DNA of 58,303 nucleotides, filler included, from Platydemus manokwari (lineage: Eukaryota), in NCBI GenBank assembly GCA_037951405.1. It is 6 parts of 6 records of this genome, joined end to end, with 100 filler letters (N's around TTAATTAATTAA, not from the genome) between each part and the next. Parts side by side here need not be neighbours in the genome. Positions count along the whole stretch, not along the records: positions 37,740 to 47,923 come from JBBMOY011160437.1; positions 48,024 to 58,303 come from JBBMOY011149438.1; 4 more parts are not named here. One strand, 5' to 3'. Positions 41,254-52,557 of this stretch are shown here, in pieces (the stretch's first letter is position 1; each line of letters begins with the position of its first letter). The translations under genes were made by a program, and so were the position numbers. Under the pieces are notes generated by a model. The model saw only the letters and a program-made list of their open reading frames with translations, was not told the DNA's origin and made no database searches.

Positions 41254-41319
<66 letters not shown>
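41254..41319. repeat. (AAT)10 followed directly by (ATT)12 microsatellite, forming a 60-bp perfect palindrome
   Basis: Read directly: 41254-41283 AAT x10, 41284-41319 ATT x12. Confidence 0.95.
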
Positions 41320-41321
<2 letters not shown>

Positions 41322-41399
41322 ACGATAATAATAATATAATATAATGAAGGCAATTAAGTTGCAGAAAATTTAACCAAAAAGAATATTACTGTAGAAGTA

Positions 41400-41780
41400 T
41401 CTATGTGTTTCATGGATTGAGCTATTGTAAATGAAGAGTCGTTTGCATAAGATCCTAGAATAACCGACAATACAAACAGGGAATCTGTGAATTTTTTGGA
41501 AAGATTAATGCAAATCGGGAAATTCTGTTAGAGATTCTTATGCCGGTATGGTGAAGAGGAAACTAAACTATGGGAGTGCTATCAGACAATGTGTTTTGGA
41601 AAATGGTAGATATAGGTTGAGTCAGAAAACGCATATGTAAGGTTATCATGTACAAAGTGAAATAGAAAATAAAGATTGAAACTGCGAAATTATATTTGAA
41701 TAGTCATCATAGTCCTAGAGGGAAAAGAAAGTGTAAAGTTATAAATGAGCACTAAACACTTGATTACCTTGTTTATTAAA
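41400..41780 (+). pseudogene. Decayed gypsy integrase core remnant
   Basis: Collinear fragments FLCRYG, VLSDN and SHHSPRG match integrase core motifs I.RYG.P, I.SDNG and S.YHP.GNG, with frameshifts. Confidence 0.45.
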
Positions 41781-43119
41781 TAGTGTTTCACGAAAGATAT
41801 TATTTGTCCAATTTCTAATATAATAAAACATTTGTTTCTTCTATATAGCAGAGAAATATTTTACCATACTCTGTCGACTATTAGAGTTACAAAGGAATTT
41901 CATGCTTGGGTATTTCTTTGAGTAGGAAATAAAATTCATTTTATTTGTTCTTGGTTTGTTGCGAATTGTTCTGGTTTACTGATTTTACTTTCTTATATTA
42001 GTTACCAATTAATTGAAATTATTTGATTTAGAAAAACAAAGCTATTTTTATATTTTAAGTTTTGAAATATTTTACTTTAATTTGTTTAGAATATTTTAAT
42101 AGCTAGTTTTATATAAATATATTCAGTAATCATTTTACAACTTTTATCAGACATATTTAAAATTACCCATAAAAGCTCTTTATTAATCCATATGAAAATT
42201 TTAGATATCATTGAAAATGCAAATTGTATATCTTATAAATGTAATTATGTTTATTTGTTGTATGGAATACGTTAATGATAACTAATTCGCAACATTCAAT
42301 GAGTTTAGACATTATTTTTAAATTAACATTCGATAATAATAGCAACTTTAACCAATGAATGCAATGCTTATTTTAAAAAGATGAAAGAAGTACAAAGTTT
42401 GAGTTATTTTTACAAATTATTTAACGATTTTGTAAGCAAAAATACAAAATTAAATTTTATTTTTCCATTTCCACTGCTTTAATTATTATCATAAAATTCT
42501 TTTTGTGGATAATAAATAATATTGTTAACAAATAATTTCAATTTTTAACATTAAAATGTGTAAAAAATCAAAAATTTTACTTGTTAATCACCTTATTAGT
42601 ATCATTTATTAAATTACCTTTTGTTAATAATAAATATAATAACATTGAGTGTTCCTGAAAATGTAGTTCAATTAAAATTGAATTCAGTGAAAACCAATGA
42701 AAGCAAACTAATGAAATCAATCAAGTAGAATTCAATACAAAATAATACAATTTAGAATCGGCATAAAATCACTTAATAATACTTAAAACAAATAAATTTT
42801 ATTCAAAAAAACACCTTGTAAATACGAGGCTTTAATAGTTATTAAATGCTATGCGTAATACAAATATTTCCTCATCATTGTTTTAAATAATTGATTAACT
42901 AGATCATTACATCATCGAATTTTAAAAAAAACTATCTAAAATATTGTACTCAAAAACACATTTGGTAAAGATTATCAAATCATTAAAATAATCAGTTAAA
43001 TAAAGATAAATTTCTTCACAATAAAACATCGTTGCAAGTATTGATATTTATATCAAACATGATCTGGAAAAAATTCTTTGAATATTATTATCAATGAAAG
43101 GCTTCCGTGCAACTAGAAT

Positions 43120-46100
43120 TCAATTTTTAGCAGCTCTAAATGAGATTTTATCACTAGTGACATCACTTCGTTGAGCCCTGATGGCCAAATATGCGAAATA
43201 ATCTAAATAATAACAACCACCGTTCCATGTTATAATGGTCGTTTGTAGTATTAATAAAATGCAATGTACTAGAAATATATGGTAACACACAATACCAATT
43301 AAGATACCTATAATGTAAAGCAAGAATGACGTGCCCATATAAAAGACCAATTGGTATCTATTGATGGAAATGATTAATTTTAGAAATTGAAAAAATTATT
43401 CTACTTATCTGGGATTTTTCGAATAATGATACCGATATAGTTATCTCTTGATTTCTGATAAGTGAAACTGTCTGAATATATGCTTTTGGGTTTGATTATT
43501 CCATGAACGATTATCGAATAAATAATCTGTTAACAAAAATATATTCATAAAGATTTATATTGAATGATAATTTAGATAATATTCTAAAATGCAAGATATA
43601 TCGAACCATGAGATCTCATTGGTAAAATAGAAATTGTATTTTAATTTTGAACACAAAGCTTAGATTTTAATGAATACGAACAAATGACATTCCGCAACAT
43701 GGGGTATATAAATATCATATGTTAGCATTTCAACGTTATACAGGATAATTTCAAATTCAAACAACAAGAAAGGCGCTTCCCGGCTTATACTTGTCAGTAT
43801 CTTACATTGAAAGTATAAATCATAATTCACTACTTAATATCAACAAACATCCTACTCCAACTCCATGTTTATGCATAGATAAGCTTCGATAAATTTATTT
43901 CTCTGATCCTACATAAGTGGCGATTGAATTTCAATATTGACCAATGAATAAAATAGAAAATAGTATATTAAAAAATAATGAATAAATTATTTTGATAAAT
44001 TACATCGCACCCATTTTATTGACTATGACGTCATCAAAAATAAATATAATGCAAATATCATATATTATTTATAAAATATGTGTATTCGACATGAAATCAA
44101 TTCAATATCATGTCTATTAAAGTCATTTCCTCGAATGTGTCGACCTTCGCTAAATAAACTCAAACATTGCTACTCCATACAGTAAATTCAAATGAATAAT
44201 AATTAATTTATAGGTTAATATTCTATCAGTCATTCATTTTAGTTATCAATGAAGAATATAAATAGGTGTTTCGATAGTTATGTTAAGGGAAAAAATCATA
44301 TGGGAAAAGAAATTCCTAAAACTCATGCGATCATATCCATACTCTTCAAGATAATTAGGATTCTCAGAGCATAGAAATCATAATTTAATATCAATACGCA
44401 TTTATCAGTGTATATAATTTCACTATCTTATTCCAGCAAAAATAAACCCAGATTCAAACGAATCTGTTTTGCAGAATCAAATAAAAAAATCTCCTTTTCA
44501 AACTCTAAATTTTAACTTAAGGATAAAATAATGAAGACTCGAACTGCTGGACGATTGTTATAAATAAATCATTTAGAAAATAAAGAAGTCCAAAAAGTAA
44601 AATACAGTTTCAATGATATTTAATGTATTGAATTACAAATAGAGATTTTAATCTAACCCTCATACACAGATAAAAAATAAATTATATACATTTATCCATC
44701 AGTTCCTTTAGACACGAGAGGTAAAACAAATCTGAAAACATTTTCTCACATCAAGTAAATTGATTTTCATTAATTATTTAATGAAAACACCAGCAAAATA
44801 TATAATAAATCTTATCCGATATCATAAAAATTAAAAAAAAATGATGTTTTTATCGTTCAATAAAAAACGGCCTTCTGTGAATTATTGGAATTTTCGGAAG
44901 CATGCATTAACATTCACAAATTATCAATCAATAAATATCTTCAATAATCTCAAGCTCTATTTGATTTTTGCAAATTTTGTGAGAACATATTCAATATAAA
45001 TTAACCACTCAAAGCTGGTAGATAATATTTTATTATAAAATTTCATCAAAAACGAAATAAGCGATTCATTTATAAAGTACGAATTCACATTATTAAATGG
45101 ATGATAAAAATGAAAAATTTAAAACAATCTTGTTATAAATATTTCATGGATTGATTGATCAGAATAATTTATATTTTTATAATTGACGAAATATGGACAA
45201 ACAGGATTGATAGCAAAAATAGATATTTGTTTTGGAACATATTATCCACTCGAAATCGAAATTGAACAATTAAAAGCATGAGTCATATCTAATTTCAAGA
45301 ACGGTTTGTATTTCTAACATATACGTAACAGTTATTTTAAAATAAGCCAATAGAAATTGAATATGTTTCACATTTCACCATATTGATTGGTGAGTATAAG
45401 AAATAGCAACTTATCAGTTATTAAGCAAATTTTCAATTTGAATATATATTATTTGAGAATTTTACCCAAGTTTATCCATTTCATAATAAATAAAATTTTA
45501 ATATGAATCATAATTATACAATAAACTTACATCGTGTATTATTAAAAATGAAATTGGTATCACAATCAACCACATCCAATCACCTGTTGTTTGCCATTTA
45601 TATATTGGATCAATGTCGACATGGTGATCGGAGAAGTTTCTATACCAGCCTAAACTCGTTCTCCGAGGAAACCATCGCACACTAGTTCAAAAAAGAAAGA
45701 TACTCTAAGCGACTTAAACAATAATCACCTCCAAGTAACAATCGGAGGTGCCCAATGAATGAAACATGATGTAATCTTATCTAAATCATGGTATGCAAGA
45801 GTATTTCTAAATGGAATTACAGCCCACAACACCGGTCCATTAGCTGCTACAAATATTGGAAGTAAAACTGTACTGTGTGACGCATCAATCCTTTAATGAT
45901 TGAAAGATATATACATATAAATATTTATAATTTTTACCACAAAAACACGATTAGTGCAGTATTAATAAAATAGCAATTATCGAAAAGAAATAGGAAGCTT
46001 TTTGATTTTCTAAAAAATATCATTAATATTAAATCAAAAACCAAATATGTACGCATATTAAAACTCACATATAAGAAACGACTCGTAAGATAAATAGAAT

Positions 46101-46502
46101 CGGAAATGCAACACAATACATTGCTAACACAATACTCGGATATGTCAATAGTAATAGACAAGTGACAATCATGTATGCTACTGACAATAAAAAGCATATT
46201 TTTCCTGACATTCGATTTCTGATCCATTTCTGTGAAACGTTTGAATAAAAATTATTAAAATAATCATTTCTATCAAGAACAATATCTTGATTGATACTAA
46301 ATGTCTGACAAATATCCATATCAAATAAAAATTAATATAACGATATTGATTATTATTGAAAAACTTATTATAAGTATTTAATTTAAAAATTAGTTTAAAA
46401 GCAATTATCAAATTTTACTTGAACAAATAAGTTCTTGGATTTTTCGTCAACAATATCCACTGAGATATATTCATCATTCATGGTGCATATCAATTTTGAC
46501 AT
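43120..46502 (-). CDS. GPC1: Glycerophosphocholine acyltransferase (GPCAT/Gpc1, DUF2838 family), about 354 aa, 7 exons
   Basis: Exons 46502-46419, 46304-46069, 46009-45938, 45890-45729, 45681-45531, 43526-43405 and 43357-43120 are all GT-AG and phase-consistent (1065 nt). The product is a multi-TM protein with family motifs FLFDNCYFIN, ANGPVLWAVIPFRNTLAYHDLDKITSCFIHWAPP and WNGGCYYLDYF. Confidence 0.88.
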
Positions 46503-47923
46503 TTTAAAAATTCAAAATTAAAACAATAGCTTAAAAATTAATTACAAACTAAAACACGCTATTATCGAAAAATATTACCTTTTATTATTGAAAAAGTTAT
46601 TGTTAAATCCAATTAATAGACAAATGTTACTAAAAATATATTTGATAAAATCTGTATCCACATATCTTTTGATTGGATGTTTCGGTGAGATCTAATATAT
46701 ATTGATTTTATTATTAATTTTACAATTATCCATGACATTCAATTGGATTGTATGTAAAAATATTTTATTCTTCTAATTGTAAACTGAACACTTTTAAACA
46801 TATTGAAGAAAACTGTTCAAAAGATTACTTGACTTAATTTTTAAAATTATCTCAAATTAATCAGAACACAATAAATTTCATTAAATTAAAAAGAATTTTG
46901 CAAATGCGTAGGTGTTTTACAACTAATTCGATTTTCCCAAAATTTGTTCGTATTAGCTAAACAGAAACACAATATGTGGTAATATAAAAAATAAATATCA
47001 GACTTTAATTTGATAGTAGTACTAAAATGACCTTTTCAAGATCACAAATACTTTGATGCGCATGCTTGATCCCTCGTGACCAACAGAAATATATTGGCAC
47101 CCGATTTCAAAAATTTTTTAATGTGTATTAATTAAAGTACACTTGATTAATAAATAAAACTGGCCGACCTCTTGATTGAAGCACTAAATAAAGATCAAAA
47201 TTAACATCTGTGATGTTTGAATGGTATTATATAAAAATATTCACCAACTATTTTCTGAACTGAAAATTAGATTTGACAATTTTTTAAAGACAAATTAATT
47301 TATAAATCACAACCGAAGCGACCTCAACAAAGATCGTTGGATTAAAATCTTAATATGGAATTTTTATTGTGAAAATGATTGGATTATTCATTTCTATCGA
47401 CAAAACACTACTCTACTGGAAACAAGTAATTATATTCTTCATAATCTTATTGTTTTGTAAAATTTTAATATTAAGTATAACGATACTGGGTAACACTTCG
47501 AGTTTTAAACATGGTGTTTAATAAGATATTTCATCAAATATAAATATTGTGGAGTGGTTGAATCAGGCATGATTATTATAATTTTTTATATAAATGATCA
47601 TCTTCTAACAGTTTAGCAGGAATGAGAAATTCTTAAATGTTCATACTTGCATCAAGGATTTTCATTGGAAAGTAAAATGATTGGATGTTAAGGTTTAAAA
47701 TTTTAGCCGTAAACAAATTTTATAAATATATTATAAAGTATTTTCTAATTTCCATTGATTTCCACTGACTTTCTGATCTCCAAACAGTACACTGAGAAAT
47801 GAAAATCTTTATCAATGAAATGCCTTTAATTGCATTATTATGTTTTGGCTCACACAAATAATAACTAGATCGCCAAATGAAATTGATCATTAAAGAAAAG
47901 CTAAACTTCTTATATTTTAGAAA

Positions 47924-48023
47924 NNNNNNNNNNNNNNNNNNNNNNNNNNNNNNNNNNNNNNNNNNNNTTAATTAATTAANNNNNNNNNNNNNNNNNNNNN
48001 NNNNNNNNNNNNNNNNNNNNNNN
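47924..48023. other. Artificial contig linker
   Basis: N44-TTAATTAATTAA-N44. Confidence 0.97.
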
Positions 48024-48137
48024 TATCAGTAAAATCAATAGCAATAATAACTATTATTATAATTTTAATTATTAATATTACCATGGTGATGATATATATA
48101 ATATCAAATAGGATTCATTCATCAAAGAAAAATAAGA

Positions 48138-48194
<57 letters not shown>
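48138..48194. repeat. (AAT)n microsatellite, about 19 units, in VPS51 intron 3
   Basis: Read directly from the sequence. Confidence 0.9.
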
Positions 48195-48197
<3 letters not shown>

Positions 48198-48319
48198 GCT
48201 ATTATAATAATGATATATAAACATATCTATAGTTGACAATAATAATAATGGTAATACATGTGATAAAATATAAATGATTATCACTGATATTAAATATAAA
48301 CAATTAAATATCAGCTTAC

Positions 48320-49359
48320 ATCGAGATCATCAAATTTTGTCCAGAGAAATTGCTGTAAATCATTAATAATAGAATCACAATCTTTACGAATGCCTTCGAA
48401 TGATGGCAGATCTTGATATCGGTCCAGTACTGATTGAGCTTTATTATGACTGCGAACAGCTGATAGATATTGCTTGTTGTCAATACTGTTACGCAATCTT
48501 GCAGGCAGCTCAAACAGGTATTCTAACTGCAAACAAAGTGATATATCAACCAATATCCAACAATTATAGAATATCCATGTTAGTGGGACAACAGATTTCA
48601 ATGAAAAATATAGTTTCATATTCAATTATTGCTTAATAAAATCACTTCTTGACCTCTTGATATCGACTTATTTTAAACAAATATATTGGTTTCTAGCATG
48701 ATAAATACTATTCTAATCTGTTTCGCACACATATATCATATTTGGTATAAATAATAATAAATTAAACTAAAATAATAAATATTTTTTATGTCATTTGACA
48801 CAACTTTGAGTGAAAAGATATGTAACAGAAAAAATTAATATTTAATACCGGGATAAAGAAATGATTACCCTTTTTAATAATTGATGTGTACCAGATAATT
48901 TTTTCAATTCCTCTCTTCGAGGATTAAGATCAGATTGCAGCTCTCTAGAAATGGAGCTCACTTCATTCATTTGTTTACCCAGTAAACTCATTTCATCTTC
49001 AACATATTTGAAATCGCTTTTCATCTGAAAAAAATAATTTACATAATCTATTGGTTAATTTCAGTAGTAACATTTCGTATTGTATCCGTAGCATAGATAA
49101 ATTTATTGTAATTATCATAGACTAAAGTTTGCATCTCAGAATCTAGACTCCTTATTTGATCCAACATCTCTTTCTCTTTTTCCATTAATGTAGACAAACT
49201 TTCTTCTTTGATAATTTTTTTAATATATGCATTGTAATCAAATTCTGAGCTATCCAAGTCATAAATATGAGGAACAGTAGAATTAGAATTAGCAGATTTA
49301 TAGTAACCCAATAACTTTTCTTTTCGATTTTTACGTTCAGCGGAGGTATTTCCGTCCAT
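48320..49359 (-). CDS. VPS51: Vacuolar protein sorting 51 (GARP/EARP subunit), 5' part truncated by contig end
   Basis: Exons 49359-49072, 49024-48869 and 48526-48320: DLDSSEFD...[41 protein letters not shown]...LSGTHQLLKR-LEYLFELPARL...YQDLPSFEGIRKDC. Confidence 0.93.
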
Positions 49360-50460
49360 TAGTTAAATGCTAAATAAAAGCCGATTGGAATGTTTTAAAA
49401 TAAATCTTAGTAATTCAAATTATATAAATTACGTAAATAATATTAAAACACATAGTTATTATGATTTATTTAAATATATTTGGTAATAACTACAATTTTT
49501 TTAATTTTGATTTCAAACATATTTATTCATAACAAATTTAGTTAATATGCTGTTAAAAAGTAATAAAGGTATCGAAAAATTTAAAGTACCGAAGTTACCA
49601 AGACACTATTTGAAATTTTTTTTATTTGAAAGATTAAATTTGGATTTTTAAAAAATTATAAAATTTTATTCTCATATCAGAGATTTAACAATGTTTATTG
49701 TCAGACATAAGCAAATGCCAAGTTGCATTAAATTAACAGTGATAAAATATTCGAATATTGTAATTAACTTAACAGCGAGCTTCAATATAATACGACTGAG
49801 GCAAGATATGTTGAAAGCCAATATTAATAATTTATACACTATCATACGCCGGTCATTTTGTCATCTTGCAAGTAGTTAAACGTTGATACTAAAGTGTATC
49901 ATAAACTAAGGTCATAATACTACCTAGTGGGCAAATAGAACTCACACGTGATTGATAAAATATGGATAGTGCCTATATAAAAGAAACTAATGACGGAAAT
50001 AAGATAATCAAATTTGTCAGACCACGAAAAGTTATATGTTGATGTATTTTGACAGGACATGGTTCAGTCTCAGTAATCTGGAAATTAATTATCTAAAAAA
50101 TGCTTTAAATTTTATGATATCCTTAGTAATCTGTGCTTATCTGGGGAGATTCTTGTGCATTGGACTTTGTTCTTCATATGAGCATTCGTTGTTCGAAAAT
50201 ACTTTTGTTGGGATCACCCCACACATCTCACACAACACTCTCACATGTTAATATTTCAATAGAATAATAGAATGATACATTGTACATATTACCCAACAAA
50301 ACATACCCAGTAAAATAACATGCAGCATGCAGAACAAACAAGCCTTTAACTATGGAAGTCGAGATCCCAAATATATTTAAAGTACAATTCCAATTTTTCA
50401 ATTCCAATCATCAAATTCAAATATAGTTCCAATTTTTTAATCCCAATCAAGTCTAAAATA

Positions 50461-50524
50461 AATAACATAACTGATCAATTTTTAATTACTTGAATAACAT
50501 AACTTATCAATTTTTAATTACTTG
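50461..50524. repeat. 32-bp tandem duplication
   Basis: AATAACATAACTGATCAATTTTTAATTACTTG followed by AATAACATAACTTATCAATTTTTAATTACTTG (1 mismatch). Confidence 0.9.
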
Positions 50525-52557
50525 ACTTATGAATTTATTTAGAATTTCTTTATTGTGTTGTTATATTATTATTTATTGTGTTGGATTATTATATTATTAT
50601 GTGTTACTTATTAATGTGGTTAATGTAGTGGAGCGGCGAAAGAGCGGGTGAATTGAGAATAACGGCAATAAACACAGAATGAAATAATAAAAAAATAATC
50701 AATATTATAATAGAATAAGAAGAATAAAAAAATAAATACCAATGACTAGGATTATAATTATAATAAAGAGTAAGATTAAAAATAATAAGTATTTTATTTA
50801 TGTAAGAATAGAAAATACAAATTAATAATTAATTAGAGAGAAGTTAAAAAGAATTAAATAACAGATAGCGAGAAATAATAGTTGAAAAATTTAAAATATG
50901 TAGACAGTATGCAAATTTACTGTCGACAGTAACAATGTTACCGAAAATAGTAAGCGGGAGCTGGCTTAGTAAAGTATAAATACTGAACTGAGAACAGAAC
51001 CAAACACACAAAAAAGCCACAAAACATTCACTGTGATCGTCGAAATTGATAATTGAGAGAATTGCAAGAATCTTGGATCTAATCGAAGCGGAGCAGCGAC
51101 TTTAAATAGAGCCTAAAGGAGGAAATATATAGAATTTAATTTTTCACGAGGAATTTTTAGCCATAGTTATCGCGAGTATTTATATTGCTGTTGCGAGGAT
51201 TTGCTTTTCAACATTAGAGTAAGGAGTATTTAATTTTCTTAATTGTCATTTTTCTACGATCATTTAAGTAAAATAATAATCAGTAAAATTTTTCAATACT
51301 AAGCATAATTAATTGATAATTTAATATAATATTGTCGAAAATTTCTCTTCTTCACCGCGCATGTTTCCTTCGTCCGCTTCGGATTTTTGCTGGCTACTTG
51401 CTGAGGCAACGTGCCTGCTATTTGATAACATTTTTATTGTTCACATTTTCAAGCCGTTCATTGTTTCTTTTTTGCTTTATCGAATAAACATTATTAAAAC
51501 TATTATTGGTGTTTTGATTTTATTACTAACTATATATTAGGAACTTGGGGGTTAATACTAATTTAATAGTAATTTCGCGAATAATAGTTTGCTCATAACT
51601 GCTCCACGTGGGAAGAATAATTGATTAAATTTTGCAGGCTCAGAACGGTGTAATCGTCAAAGGATTAAGTCAACGTCTGACCTTTAGATAGCACTAAACA
51701 TTAATTTTTCCAATAGCGAGATCTTCATACCCGTTATTGAAGTCTCTTAGGACCAGACAAAATCAAATCACCCCACACTAATAAATTTCATTTAGTACTT
51801 TTGGACAATTTTTGTGTAAAGTTTGTTTACTAAATTTTTTGCAAGCCTTTTTTTGCAAAAAATATGTCAAAACAGTTATCTTGTATAGATTCAATGCTTT
51901 GATTTCTCTACCTCTGGCTGAAAAAGATAAATTTTGATTCAATTCTTAATCTTGTTCTTGTTTTTGAAAGTGTAATTTCACTGTTGTTCGGTTAAGCGTT
52001 AGTTCCGTTGTGGTACGTTTGTATTAAGTCACAATATATTTGTATAACTGATCATGAGGCAAATTTCAATTTAGGAATTCTTTATTTCATTAAGAAATTT
52101 TGAATTGCAATATTTATCACATTAATTATATTTAACGTGACACTGGTTAATCCAATACTAGCAGTTATGTTCATTTTCTGTCTCAAATAATCATTAGCAT
52201 TGTTTTTGCTTACTGTTTATTGACAACTATGGATTGCCTAAGTATCATACCTTCATAATTCAGCGTTAATTTCCTCAGATAATGTTCTTGTATTTCCATA
52301 TTTTAATCATCATTAATAACTTCATTTTTAAATCTATAAATACATCTGTAACTAATGTATATTTTGGAAAATAACAATTTTATTCATTTTTATTACTTGA
52401 AGTTTATAATATAAATGAAATTAAATGTCCATCAGGTTTATGAAGTGATACTTAAATGATTTAGAAGATTTTTAAAAAGTAATTTAAGTATTGCTGATAT
52501 AATTTTCATAGTCCATTTTTACTTGGTTTGTTTTACAGGTTAAAAATTAATTTGAAA

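Noticed and set aside
48078-48284. 68-aa poly-Ile ORF
   Set aside because: Translation of the (ATT)n microsatellite within a VPS51 intron.
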